The notes beneath the pieces were generated by a model. It made no database searches and was not told where the DNA came from. It worked only from the letters and a program-made list of their open reading frames with translations. Below, piece after piece: positions 1 to 9,782 of a stretch of DNA of 43,887 nt (position 1 is its first letter; each line of letters starts with the position of its first letter). This DNA comes from Candidatus Latescibacterota bacterium (GTDB lineage: Bacteria > Latescibacterota > UBA2968): positions 44,497 through 88,383 of the forward strand of contig JAYODI010000002.1 of assembly GCA_038279365.1 (NCBI GenBank), written 5' to 3'. Both the position numbers and the translations under genes were made by a program.

Positions 1-1
1 T

Positions 2-613
2 ATGTGTACATTTGGAGGTCTCAACTATATGGATTTTCGCCAAAAACAATTCTATCGTGCTTTTGGCGATGAACCTTATGCCACCATTGAGGGCCTACAT
101 CCTTATGTATCGGAATATCCTTTTATTTTGGCTCACACGGGCATCAAACGCAGTTCAGGTACCGTTCACGTTCCCATTCGCGAAAGATGGCTTGCTGGTG
201 ACCGTGAAGTGACGCGTTGTTATTTGCGCATTGCACACCTTGCTCGCATGGGCAAACGTGCCCTGCTTCAAAGCGACTGGGCTCGTTTGGGGCAACTCAT
301 GATCGAAAACCACGAAATTCAACGCGACCTTGGCGGTTCTGGCCCAGAAAACGATGCACTCATTCAAGCCGCCTTAGATGGTGGCGCAATAGGAGCCAAG
401 CTTGCTGGTGCAGGTGGGGGCGGAACCATCATCGCCCTTACACACGACCCCGAATCGGTCATACAGGCCATTACAAAAACAGGCCCCCATCGCATACTCT
501 ACCCACAACCATCACCTGGTGTTACCATCACCCCCCTCGAAACCGATGAAGACATGGCCAAGGCCAATGCCGAAGTGGCCGAACGTGCCAAACAGGCTGA
601 CCTTCATACCTAA
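2..613 (+). CDS. GHMP-family sugar kinase, C-terminal part (5' end outside the window)
   Basis: C-terminal GHMP motif GAIGAKLAGAGGGG, LGQLMIENH helix and FGGLNYMDF segment; the ORF runs off the window start. Confidence 0.85.
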   Translation: MCTFGGLNYMDFRQKQFYRAFGDEPYATIEGLHPYVSEYPFILAHTGIKRSSGTVHVPIRERWLAGDREVTRCYLRIAHLARMGKRALLQSDWARLGQLMIENHEIQRDLGGSGPENDALIQAALDGGAIGAKLAGAGGGGTIIALTHDPESVIQAITKTGPHRILYPQPSPGVTITPLETDEDMAKANAEVAERAKQADLHT

Positions 614-618
614 ATTTT

Positions 619-1701
619 ATGGCAAAAGAACATATGCACATTTTGTTTCTCGCCAGGCGTTATCCTCCCAGTGTGGGCGGCGTTCAAACCCACTGCTTTA
701 ACCTGTATAATCGCCTCATTAAAAAACACCACGTCAAACTCATTGCCTTGGGCAAACAATCTCTGCTCAATTTGGCGTGGTTTGTGCCCTATACATTTAT
801 AGCTTCATTTTTTCAAATATTGTTTCATCGCGTAGACGCCATCTATTTTAGCGATGGCGTGATTTGTTGCCTGGCACCCTTTTTACGCCCATTTACCAAA
901 GCCAAATTTGTCGTGACCATCTACGGTCTCGAAATGACTTATTCAACCCCCATTTTCAGCCAACTCATGAGATGGGGTGTTTCTGTATGTGATAAGGTTC
1001 CAGTTATCAGTGAGAAAACACGTGATGTGTCTATTGAAGCAGGCGTACCAGCAGATAAAATTGACATCATCTATTTGGGTATAGATCCACCAAGCATTTC
1101 AGAAGAACGGCGTCAAGAGCTCAAAATTCAGTTTGAAAAAGAACACGGCATTCAACTTGGCAAAGACCGCGTTTTGCTTAACTTTGGCCGACAAGTCCCC
1201 CGAAAAGGCATCGCCAAATTTCTTGAACATGGCATGCCCCTCTTAGACCCAGATATCAAATTTATCATCAGTGGTTCAGGCCCCGACTCTGACCGTATTC
1301 GGCAAATACAAAAAGAAAAAGGCCTTGAAGATCGTGTTTTGTTGCTTTGGTTAGACAACGATATGCTTGCCATGCTCAGAGGCGAAGCCGATCTTTTTTT
1401 AATGCCCAATGTGCCCTACCCCAATGATGTTGAAGGTTTTGGCATTGCCCAACTTGAATGTATGTATGATGGTACACCCGCCATTGTATTTGCCGTGGAT
1501 GCCCTTGTCGAAAGTGTTCGCAAAGGAGGTTACCAAATCTCCCCAAACGACTATCAAGCCTTTGTAGATCAAATCCACGCATTCTATAAACTCTCCCCCG
1601 ACGAACGGGCACATATCGAGCAAGAAGCAAGAGACTATGTCCGCACAGAATATACGTGGACCAAAACCGCTGAACAATATTTCGAAGTTTTCGAAAGCTA
1701 A
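619..1701 (+). CDS. Glycosyltransferase family 4 (GT-B fold)
   Basis: N-terminal YPPSVGGVQ, GRQVPRKG and EGFGIAQLE (ExFG-x4-E-type) motifs; starts 5 nt after the kinase stop. Confidence 0.92.
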   Translation: MAKEHMHILFLARRYPPSVGGVQTHCFNLYNRLIKKHHVKLIALGKQSLLNLAWFVPYTFIASFFQILFHRVDAIYFSDGVICCLAPFLRPFTKAKFVVTIYGLEMTYSTPIFSQLMRWGVSVCDKVPVISEKTRDVSIEAGVPADKIDIIYLGIDPPSISEERRQELKIQFEKEHGIQLGKDRVLLNFGRQVPRKGIAKFLEHGMPLLDPDIKFIISGSGPDSDRIRQIQKEKGLEDRVLLLWLDNDMLAMLRGEADLFLMPNVPYPNDVEGFGIAQLECMYDGTPAIVFAVDALVESVRKGGYQISPNDYQAFVDQIHAFYKLSPDERAHIEQEARDYVRTEYTWTKTAEQYFEVFES

Positions 1702-1713
1702 TCATTCACTCAC

Positions 1714-1754
1714 AAAAAAAGCGCATCGGGTTATGATCCGATGCGCTTTTTTTT
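1714..1754. terminator. Bidirectional intrinsic terminator between convergent genes
   Basis: A7-GCGCATCGGG-ttatga-TCCGATGCGC-T8. Confidence 0.92.
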
Positions 1755-1767
1755 ATTTTAACTCACC

Positions 1768-3420
1768 TCAAACAATCCGCTCCTCTGCTGTAGACCAGGT
1801 ACCACACCGAATCTCCAATTTCTGATCCACAGGCGTCATAAACGTCATCAGCACCCGAAACGCATTGGGCGCAGACTCACTGCCACGCATTTGCCAAAAA
1901 CGGTGGCCATACGCCCCTGGCCCAATAGAAATGGCATCGTTCCCCACATGATACGTCGCGTAGCCCGATTTCAAAAAGGCAACCTCTCCCACTCCTCCTT
2001 GCATCACACCACTGTCAAAATCCAACTCGCCACCAGGTGTAAAATCACACGCTATTTGAAATGGCACCCGATCATATCCATTTGATGTCACATACAAATC
2101 AAAACCACCTTCTACTTCTAAGATTTTCAAAGTGGTCGTTAGTGGAGCCAGCGCATACACATCGCGATCTTTTCGGGTCGCGTAAAATGAATCAAATGGG
2201 ACTTCGTATCCTAATGGTTGATCATAACCAGGGCGACGCCCATCTGCACTTCGGCTGACGTGTACCATCTCAATCCCGCCATCCACTTTGTCAAATGTCT
2301 CACCCTCAAATTGGGCAATGGCAAAATAGCTCGCGCAAAGATTCACCGACGTGAGGTTGGCTTCACCGTGTTTCACACTAAATGGCGCCGTAATCCCCGC
2401 TCCTGCCGTTGCACTCGTTTTACCTTTTCGCACACGCCAAAGCCGTGCTTTGGGATACACATTGGAATAACTTTCGGGCAAAGGTTCACGGGCCAAATCA
2501 TCTTTTCGCCATTCGGGATGCGTCAAAAATGGTTCCAGCAACACGCCACCACCCGTGGGAGCCGCTTCACAAAGCCAATCGGCCACAGCAGCATAAAACC
2601 CATTGCCATCACGTCTGGCCATGTGATAATAGCTGTCTGCCATATTCACCAACACAATGCGCTGACCACGATCTTGACGCCCCGAAAAGCTCGTAACCAC
2701 TGTCGCGTCTGAATGCAACAAATGATAAGACAAATCCAAGTTCCGTCGCACAGGCTCAAATAATTCTGGACGATTTAACGCTTCAGCCGCCAAACGCAAT
2801 GCCCGATTACACACTGCATTATAGACCCCAGCACTGCGTTCAATGTATTCACCATCAGCATTGATATCAATGGTCTCTGCCAAATATTTTTCTACCGTTT
2901 CCATACCCTCCAAATCTGGAAACAATTCCAAAGCCAAAGACAACGCACCCACCAAAACCCATCGGTGATTGGGCGTATGAAACCCACCAGCAACCATGCC
3001 TGGCACAGCCGTTTGGATAATTTCACCCAACACTTCGGCCACTTTTTGTGCCCCTTCATGATCCACTTTTCTTGCTGCCCTTACAACTGGCCCAATCGCC
3101 TTCACCATAAAACCCGTATCGGGTGAAGAATCAAAATTGGTGGTGATTAAATCATAACAACCACTTTCTCGACGCGCCTTGCGCCCAAAATCTGTTCCCG
3201 CCACAATACGCGCCAAAATTTCATCACTTAAATAATACTTCGATTCTGGCAACAAATAAGCATATCCCAATGTCGAAAGCGTGCTTACACTCGTTGGTGC
3301 AGCCACACCATCGCTCACAAAACCGCCATAATCTTCGCGTGATTTGTCCATCACTTGACGTGGAAATATAGCAGGCACTTGTGTATCTAATTTTTGAACC
3401 AACTCTTCATACCGTATCAT
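1768..3420 (-). CDS. Uncharacterised protein, probable polysaccharide-lyase-like (alpha/alpha-toroid) enzyme, paralogue 1
   Basis: 550 aa from ATG 3420 (MIRYE, matching the MLRYE start of its paralogue). Motifs GGFHTPNHRWV, IDINADGEYIERSAGVYN and SGRQDRG. The fold and function are inferred. Confidence 0.6.
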   Translation of the reverse strand: MIRYEELVQKLDTQVPAIFPRQVMDKSREDYGGFVSDGVAAPTSVSTLSTLGYAYLLPESKYYLSDEILARIVAGTDFGRKARRESGCYDLITTNFDSSPDTGFMVKAIGPVVRAARKVDHEGAQKVAEVLGEIIQTAVPGMVAGGFHTPNHRWVLVGALSLALELFPDLEGMETVEKYLAETIDINADGEYIERSAGVYNAVCNRALRLAAEALNRPELFEPVRRNLDLSYHLLHSDATVVTSFSGRQDRGQRIVLVNMADSYYHMARRDGNGFYAAVADWLCEAAPTGGGVLLEPFLTHPEWRKDDLAREPLPESYSNVYPKARLWRVRKGKTSATAGAGITAPFSVKHGEANLTSVNLCASYFAIAQFEGETFDKVDGGIEMVHVSRSADGRRPGYDQPLGYEVPFDSFYATRKDRDVYALAPLTTTLKILEVEGGFDLYVTSNGYDRVPFQIACDFTPGGELDFDSGVMQGGVGEVAFLKSGYATYHVGNDAISIGPGAYGHRFWQMRGSESAPNAFRVLMTFMTPVDQKLEIRCGTWSTAEERIV

Positions 3421-3449
3421 AAACCCCATCTCCCTTTTCCAATTTAAAA

Positions 3450-5111
3450 TCAGACCAATGCCATTTTGATTTCGTCCCATTGGCCATAACGGATGGCCAC
3501 CTTGTAATCAACAGGTGTCACCATCGTTAACAAAACGCGAAAGTCGCCTCGAACACCCTCACTGTTACGCATCTGCCACATTCTGTGAGCATAACACCCA
3601 GGTGAAATGGATATGGCATCTTGACCCACATGATAAATTCCCATTCCACTTTTCAAAAAAAACGTTTCATCTGCATGGCCTATAATCGCACCATGTTCAA
3701 AATCAAATTCTCCGCCTGGTACAAAGTCAAATGCCATTTGCACAGGGATCTCATCAAAAGGCTCAGATGTCCATAAATGCAAATCAAAACCGCCTTCCAC
3801 CTCGTCAATTTTCAAACGCATTTCCAATGGTGGCAACACCGTTACCTCTCGTTCCAATGCCACAGTGCGATAATCAGCCATCGAAACTGGACGCCCCACC
3901 GGATGATAATAAATGGGACCATCGTGTCTCCGCCCTTTACCCGCAAAATACAATTCGACACCCGCATCTGTTTTTGTGAGTTCATCGGCTTTAAACTGTG
4001 CCAAACCAAAATAACACCCACAGATTTGTACGCCCGACAAAGCCACGTCACCAAACTTCAAACCAAATGGTGTTGAAATGCCAGTTGCTGCGGTGGCGCT
4101 CATGAGCCCTTTTCTAACACGCCAAACCCCAGATGTGGGATATACTTTTTGATACGTATCTACCAAAGGTTCACGAACCACATCATCGGTGCGCCATTCG
4201 GGGTGCGTCAACAATGGCTCCAAAGACCACGGCAAACCCGCCCCATCAAACCCCACCAACCAATCGGCAACCGAAGCATACGCCCCATTGTTATCTAACC
4301 GTGCCAATGTATAATAACTGTCTGCCATACCGTGCGGAACAACCTTTGTACCGCGATCTTGCCGACTCGACAAACTCGTCACCACCGAACCATCGGCATG
4401 CAACAAATGATAAGACGTATCCAAATTTTGGCGAACAGGCTCTAACAAGTCAGGGCGATTAAGACACTCAGCGGCCAAACGCAAAGACCGATTGCAAATG
4501 GCATTGTAAACCCCCGTACTGCGCTCGGTATATTCTCCATCGGGGTTGATATCAATCGTCTCAGCCAAATACGATTCAATCGCAGGCATCAAATCCAAGT
4601 CAGAATACAAATCCAATGTCTGAGCCAACGCGCCCACCAACACCCATCGGTGATTGGGTGTGTTAAATCCGCCCGTGGCCATCGGCGGACCTGCCACCCG
4701 TATAATTTCTCCCCATTCTTCAGCAACAGACTCAGCGCCGTTTAAATCACTCTTTCGAGCAGCACGCACCATAGGCGCAAGGGCTTGCACCAAAAAAGCC
4801 GTATAAGGTCCCGAATCCCAATCGGTGGTCACCAAATCAAACAACCCCGATGGACGTCTCACCTTTTGACAAAACAGAGCGCCCAACAGCAACCGCTCTA
4901 AGATTTCGGCATCACCATAATATCGAGAACCTTCACTTAACCAAGCAAACCCTAAAGTCTGCACACTCCCTATTTGACTGCCTCCCACACGGCCATAACC
5001 AGCCGACACAAAACCACCACAATCTTTTCGAGTCCGGTCCATCACCTGCTGAGGAAGCAATGCTTCTACACGCTTATCCAACTGGCTCACCAACCCCTCA
5101 TACCTCAACAT
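3450..5111 (-). CDS. Uncharacterised protein, probable polysaccharide-lyase-like enzyme, paralogue 2
   Basis: 553 aa with SD AAAGGA. Shares GGFNTPNHRWVLVGAL, YLAETIDINPDGEYTERSTGVYNAICNR and SRQDRG with the downstream gene. Confidence 0.6.
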   Translation of the reverse strand: MLRYEGLVSQLDKRVEALLPQQVMDRTRKDCGGFVSAGYGRVGGSQIGSVQTLGFAWLSEGSRYYGDAEILERLLLGALFCQKVRRPSGLFDLVTTDWDSGPYTAFLVQALAPMVRAARKSDLNGAESVAEEWGEIIRVAGPPMATGGFNTPNHRWVLVGALAQTLDLYSDLDLMPAIESYLAETIDINPDGEYTERSTGVYNAICNRSLRLAAECLNRPDLLEPVRQNLDTSYHLLHADGSVVTSLSSRQDRGTKVVPHGMADSYYTLARLDNNGAYASVADWLVGFDGAGLPWSLEPLLTHPEWRTDDVVREPLVDTYQKVYPTSGVWRVRKGLMSATAATGISTPFGLKFGDVALSGVQICGCYFGLAQFKADELTKTDAGVELYFAGKGRRHDGPIYYHPVGRPVSMADYRTVALEREVTVLPPLEMRLKIDEVEGGFDLHLWTSEPFDEIPVQMAFDFVPGGEFDFEHGAIIGHADETFFLKSGMGIYHVGQDAISISPGCYAHRMWQMRNSEGVRGDFRVLLTMVTPVDYKVAIRYGQWDEIKMALV

Positions 5112-5131
5112 CTCATATCCTTTCGCCGACT

Positions 5132-6151
5132 TTACACACCCGTTATATCTCGAGCCAAGTTATGAAATTCTTCTTTACGCCTTGTTGAAAGCCCCCAGTT
5201 AACGGGTGTAGACTGATACCCATCTACATAATTGTTCTCACCAATGTCCAAACACCCCCAGGAGGCATACTTAGAAATGGCCGCCACAAAATTATTCATA
5301 GGCTTGTCAAAGTCATAATGATCGTCTTCATTAAACAATATGGGCATGGGGTGATATCCCTTTACCTTGCGCGTCAGATCGACCATTTCGGCAATGCGCG
5401 ATGGCTCTTTGACACCATTGCCATGAATCAAAAGGAAATCGGCCAAACGCACCACATTTTCAAGTGGAATAAAACCCCCGCCATAACTGGTACTCACCAA
5501 CAACCGACGCCCATCATTGGTCGTATTTTTCACACGGTCAATCAACTCGTGAACACGATGTGGCATCAAAATTTCATGTTCATACTTTTTCACATTGCAC
5601 TCATTGTTTATTTCCAACAACACATTGCCATATCCTGCATCCAAAACCCATTCTACCACGCCATCCAACGCACGCTTGATGGCCGACTCACTTTCCAATC
5701 GCTCATCTTGCCCAAAATAAAACACACCCAAGATGGCCACCATACCCAACTTGTCCATTGCCTCCAAAACCTGCCCCATACGCTCCAAATAAGGAGGACG
5801 AATCTCGCCATTGGGTTCAAAAGCATTGTTCTCCCACGGTTGCGGCCACCCATACCCCTTGGGGTTTCCGCCTTGAAAATTCACCGTAATGCCCAACACA
5901 CCATGATCACGCGAAATGGGCAAAGCATCTATAAACTCTTGTGTGTTGCGATCGGCATCCCACTCATCGGTATCGGGGTATTTCCACAATTCACGCGTTT
6001 TGGGGTTTTCGTCGTCAAACGTCGCCTGAACCTGACGGTTGTTCAACAACAAACCTTCAATCTCATATCCCTTCCAACTGCGCCCCGCATAAGTGGGTTC
6101 CCCATTGATATAAAACTTCTCTTCTTCTATAGCCACATTTGTCAAACCCAT
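5132..6151 (-). CDS. Putative glycoside hydrolase, clan GH-A-like TIM barrel
   Basis: Start ATG 6151 after SD GAGGGA. NVLLEINNEC resembles the acid/base NE motif and PILFNEDD the nucleophile region. Confidence 0.6.
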   Translation of the reverse strand: MGLTNVAIEEEKFYINGEPTYAGRSWKGYEIEGLLLNNRQVQATFDDENPKTRELWKYPDTDEWDADRNTQEFIDALPISRDHGVLGITVNFQGGNPKGYGWPQPWENNAFEPNGEIRPPYLERMGQVLEAMDKLGMVAILGVFYFGQDERLESESAIKRALDGVVEWVLDAGYGNVLLEINNECNVKKYEHEILMPHRVHELIDRVKNTTNDGRRLLVSTSYGGGFIPLENVVRLADFLLIHGNGVKEPSRIAEMVDLTRKVKGYHPMPILFNEDDHYDFDKPMNNFVAAISKYASWGCLDIGENNYVDGYQSTPVNWGLSTRRKEEFHNLARDITGV

Positions 6152-6181
6152 CGTTCCCTCACATTTCACAAAAATTAAAAT

Positions 6182-6730
6182 CTATGGTTTAACAGGGTCC
6201 ACTTCTTGATCCCGATACACACGACTGCCCGTGGGCCTCACTTGCCCTTGATACTTCCCTCGATACGGCATAAGGGTTTCTCGATCCATCTTTGCAAATA
6301 CCAACTGGCAAATCCGTCGTCCACTCTCCAAGCGAATGGGCAAACGGTTGGCATTATACAATTCCAGTGTGATCGTCCCTTCAAAACCTGGATCTACCCA
6401 ACCCGCATTTTGTATAAACAAACCCATCCGTCCAATAGAACTGCGACCTTCTACAAAAGCCGTCAGATCATTTGGCAACTTGATAAACTCTCGGGTGACC
6501 GCCAACAAAAATGAATGCGGAGGAATCACAAGGTCATCCTTTTCGATGACATCATATGCAATCTCAGAATCGAGTGTTAATGCCGACTCGGAATGTTCAT
6601 CTATCTTTAAAAAGTGTGTGCCCAACGTCATATCAATTGACGCTGGTTGTATTTGCACCTCTTCTATGGGATCCACCACCAGTGTACCGTCTTTTAACAT
6701 TTCTTTTATAGTGATATCAGACAATATCAT
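6182..6730 (-). CDS. dcd: dCTP deaminase
   Basis: MILSD start, QIQPASID, EGRSSIGRMGL, AGWVDPGFEGTITLEL, ICQLVF and YRGKYQGQ motifs; SD GGAGG. Confidence 0.96.
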   Translation of the reverse strand: MILSDITIKEMLKDGTLVVDPIEEVQIQPASIDMTLGTHFLKIDEHSESALTLDSEIAYDVIEKDDLVIPPHSFLLAVTREFIKLPNDLTAFVEGRSSIGRMGLFIQNAGWVDPGFEGTITLELYNANRLPIRLESGRRICQLVFAKMDRETLMPYRGKYQGQVRPTGSRVYRDQEVDPVKP

Positions 6731-6743
6731 TCAAACCTCCACT

Positions 6744-7961
6744 TTATGTTGCAGGTTGTACAACCACATCTTTTGGCAACTCTTCATCGCCATTTTCTCT
6801 GGCCAATTGCCCTTCGGGATCGACCCATTGGCTCACAATAAGAGAAATGATGGCCAAGATGGCACCGCTAAAGAAAATAACCTGATACCCAAAATGATAC
6901 CAAACCAATCCCCCCACCAAAGGTGAAGCAACTGCGGCCACATGGTTCATTGTGACACCCATTGCCAAAGAAGGTTTTAAATCTTCTGGAGGGGCAATTT
7001 TATGTAAATAGGTTGTCAGTGCAATACCACCAAAAAAGATCACATTGTCCACACAATAAAGCACATACAAAGTTGGGCGATGTGTGATAACCGCATATCC
7101 CAAAAATACAAATGCCAACCCAATATAACTGATACTCAACATCGTTCGTTCACCATATTTATCAACCCATCGCCCCATCGTTGGCGCGGTAAGTGTAATA
7201 ATGGTTTGATTGATCAACACCAAAAACATAGTCGTATGCACAGGCATACCATGAATTTTTACCAAGGCAAAAATGGCAAAAGTGATGAACATTTGCTTTC
7301 GCAAACCTTGTAAAAAGTTCAAACCATAATAAAGACCATAACGGCGCTTAAAAACAAAACTGCGTTCTTCGGGAGGTCTTTTGCGAGATACAAACAAAAT
7401 GGCAATGCCCCCACCAATCGTGGCCACCCCCGCCATAACAAACAAACCGCTATATCCAACCCAATCATAACTCAACTTACACACCACAATAGAAGCCAAC
7501 CACGCCACACTATTGATACTGCGCAACTGCCCCAACCACTTGCCTTTTTTACCCTCAGGAGAAAACAACAAAGACATGGATTGTTCCATAGGTATCCAAC
7601 AGTGGAATCCTATACTCCACACCAGTGAATACAAAGCAAGCATTGTCACAGAATCGACCTGTGAATAGGCCATAATGCCCACACCCATAATCATTAAAGA
7701 AACAGCCGCAACAATAGGAGGCGCAAAACGCACCATCAGAGCCACAAAAAAAGCATTCATAAAACCCGGCACTTCGCGCAACGCTTCCACATACCCCAAC
7801 TGATGTGCCTCAATACCCAAACGTTCTACAATAAAATTGTTAAACAAAGTAAGTTGCACGCCAAAAAAAATGCCCTGCGATGCAACTGCAAGCGCAAGCA
7901 AACGAAAGTCTTTGTTCCATTCCTTAAACGGGTTTTCCAATCCGTGCCTCCCTTTCACCAT
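6744..7961 (-). CDS. MFS transporter
   Basis: 405 aa with about 12 hydrophobic segments; MFS motif-A-like GRWVDKYGER. Confidence 0.9.
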   Translation of the reverse strand: MVKGRHGLENPFKEWNKDFRLLALAVASQGIFFGVQLTLFNNFIVERLGIEAHQLGYVEALREVPGFMNAFFVALMVRFAPPIVAAVSLMIMGVGIMAYSQVDSVTMLALYSLVWSIGFHCWIPMEQSMSLLFSPEGKKGKWLGQLRSINSVAWLASIVVCKLSYDWVGYSGLFVMAGVATIGGGIAILFVSRKRPPEERSFVFKRRYGLYYGLNFLQGLRKQMFITFAIFALVKIHGMPVHTTMFLVLINQTIITLTAPTMGRWVDKYGERTMLSISYIGLAFVFLGYAVITHRPTLYVLYCVDNVIFFGGIALTTYLHKIAPPEDLKPSLAMGVTMNHVAAVASPLVGGLVWYHFGYQVIFFSGAILAIISLIVSQWVDPEGQLARENGDEELPKDVVVQPAT

Positions 7962-7967
7962 CCGTTG

Positions 7968-8492
7968 TTATTTTTTTCTTGTTGCCTTAAGGCGATAACG
8001 CCCTTCTTCCCAAGTCTTTCCATCATCGTAAGACCGATCACTTTTCATTTCAAAAGAATTTGTAGCAATGTTGTGATATGTCTCTCGATTTATAAAATCA
8101 CCACGATCATCGGAAATGCCCGTGATATACACAATCATGTTGCCATCCACAAATTGAGACTCCGTATTGGCCCATTGCTGTTTGGCATAAAAATTATGCC
8201 CCAACCACTTCTTCTTTTTAACATCCCAAGCACGAAACTCCGAGCCTTTCAAATATGGACCATCCCAATCTTGATGTACCATATATCCACCGGCCAGCCA
8301 GTTACAATGCCACAGTGCTTGGTAATCTACCCATTCTCCATCTTTATTTTTCCAAAAAATCTGCACATCCCACTCACCAATCACAAATGCAAACTGTGAA
8401 ACTTCTGGAGGCAGTTCGGCCTTTTTTTCCTGAGACATCACTGGTGCAACAAAAAGCAAAAACACCAATAACCTGCATAATCCAAGTTTCAT
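7968..8492 (-). CDS. Secreted hypothetical protein (DUF1579-like beta-rich)
   Basis: Sec signal peptide, then FAFVIGEWDV and C-terminal SYDDGKTW; SD AGGGGA. Confidence 0.6.
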   Translation of the reverse strand: MKLGLCRLLVFLLFVAPVMSQEKKAELPPEVSQFAFVIGEWDVQIFWKNKDGEWVDYQALWHCNWLAGGYMVHQDWDGPYLKGSEFRAWDVKKKKWLGHNFYAKQQWANTESQFVDGNMIVYITGISDDRGDFINRETYHNIATNSFEMKSDRSYDDGKTWEEGRYRLKATRKK

Positions 8493-8503
8493 TTAGTCCC
8501 CCT

Positions 8504-9451
8504 TTAATTGCCTAAAGGTTCCCATACATCGCCAAAAACAGATCGCAACCGAGCCATATCATCTTCTGGCAACAGTGGCCCTAAAACTGCCTTTACGTTT
8601 TCTTCTAAGTGATCGATATTCGCCGTTCCAGATAAGATCGTGCCCATTGCAGGGTGTGCTTTCACATATTTATATCCCGCGGCAGGCAATGACGTAACAT
8701 GATCTTTCACCAGCCAGCCCAAAGGGTCATCCTCAGGCAATGCATTTTCGGCTATTAAACCACGTTTTTTAGCACTGGCGATTTGTTCTTTCAGATAATC
8801 GGGTCGGCTCAGTGCGCGCCTCACAGCCACCATACAAATAACACCCACATTGCGCGCTTCACACATAGGTAAAATTTCATGCTCTGGTGTTGGGCTGATC
8901 ATATTGTATCCCACCATTGCCGTGTCAAACAAATCATCAGTCAAAGCCATTGGCAACATTTCGTGTTTGTTGTCATCTCCATAGGTTTCCGTAATGCCAA
9001 TAAATCGAAATTTACCCTGTTCCTTCAGTTTTTCGACTGTGGGCCAAAGCTTTTCCATCACTTCTATATATTGATTTGGTCGCACACCATGAAACTGCAT
9101 CACATCTACATAATTCACTTTTAGCCGCTCGAGGCTCCGCTCAACAGACGCAATAACATCTCCTGGCGAGACGACCTCACCTTTGCCATTTTTTGCAGGA
9201 TGAAACTTTGTGGCCAAAATATAATCTTCACGAGGAACACCATTAAGCGCCTCGCCCAAAATCACTTCGCTTTCTCCATATGCCGCAGCCGTATCAAAAA
9301 AATTAATGCCCAATGCCAATGCACGGCGCACCAACGCATTTACCCCTTCTTGTCCCACACCTGTTTTTTGCCCCAGTTGAGTGGGGCCACCGCCTCCAAT
9401 CCCCATGATCGAAACCTTCAAACCCGTGCGACCCAATGTACGATATTCCAT
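8504..9451 (-). CDS. Aldo/keto reductase
   Basis: MEYRTLGRTGLKVS, GINFFDTAAAYGESE, LATK and SLERLKVNYVD motifs. Confidence 0.95.
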   Translation of the reverse strand: MEYRTLGRTGLKVSIMGIGGGGPTQLGQKTGVGQEGVNALVRRALALGINFFDTAAAYGESEVILGEALNGVPREDYILATKFHPAKNGKGEVVSPGDVIASVERSLERLKVNYVDVMQFHGVRPNQYIEVMEKLWPTVEKLKEQGKFRFIGITETYGDDNKHEMLPMALTDDLFDTAMVGYNMISPTPEHEILPMCEARNVGVICMVAVRRALSRPDYLKEQIASAKKRGLIAENALPEDDPLGWLVKDHVTSLPAAGYKYVKAHPAMGTILSGTANIDHLEENVKAVLGPLLPEDDMARLRSVFGDVWEPLGN

Positions 9452-9530
9452 AAGTTTTTATCCTTATTTTAAAAATGGTGACCCAATATACATGATGGCT
9501 ATTGCCCTCGAAAGTTTTTTGCTCAGTGCC

Positions 9531-9568
9531 AAAACAAAAACCCCCTATAGCAAATACCATAGGGGGTT
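9531..9568 (-). terminator. Intrinsic terminator of the GntR/ABC operon
   Basis: Minus strand AACCCCCUAU-loop-AUAGGGGGUUUUUGUUUU, 17 nt after the 9586 stop. Confidence 0.8.
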
Positions 9569-9585
9569 GACGTAATCAAGACCAT

Positions 9586-9771
9586 TTATACTCCCTGCAA
9601 ATACTGCTGTCGCCACAAACGATATCCAATATAGGCCACAAACAGCACCATGCCCAATTTAATGACCTGCCAAACCAGTGCAACCACATCAAATAACAAC
9701 GGCCAAAGATAGCCCCAAGCCATTGCGCCACCGATCACCATCAAAACAATACCCACATATTTGGAAAGCAT
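9586..9771 (-). CDS. Small membrane protein (61 aa, two hydrophobic segments)
   Basis: ATG lies 11 nt after the permease stop; the ORF is followed by a terminator. Confidence 0.7.
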   Translation of the reverse strand: MLSKYVGIVLMVIGGAMAWGYLWPLLFDVVALVWQVIKLGMVLFVAYIGYRLWRQQYLQGV

Positions 9772-9782
9772 ATCCGAACCCC

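Noticed and set aside
5318..6178. 286-aa plus-strand ORF
   Set aside because: It is the antisense shadow of the GH-like gene, with no recognisable motifs.
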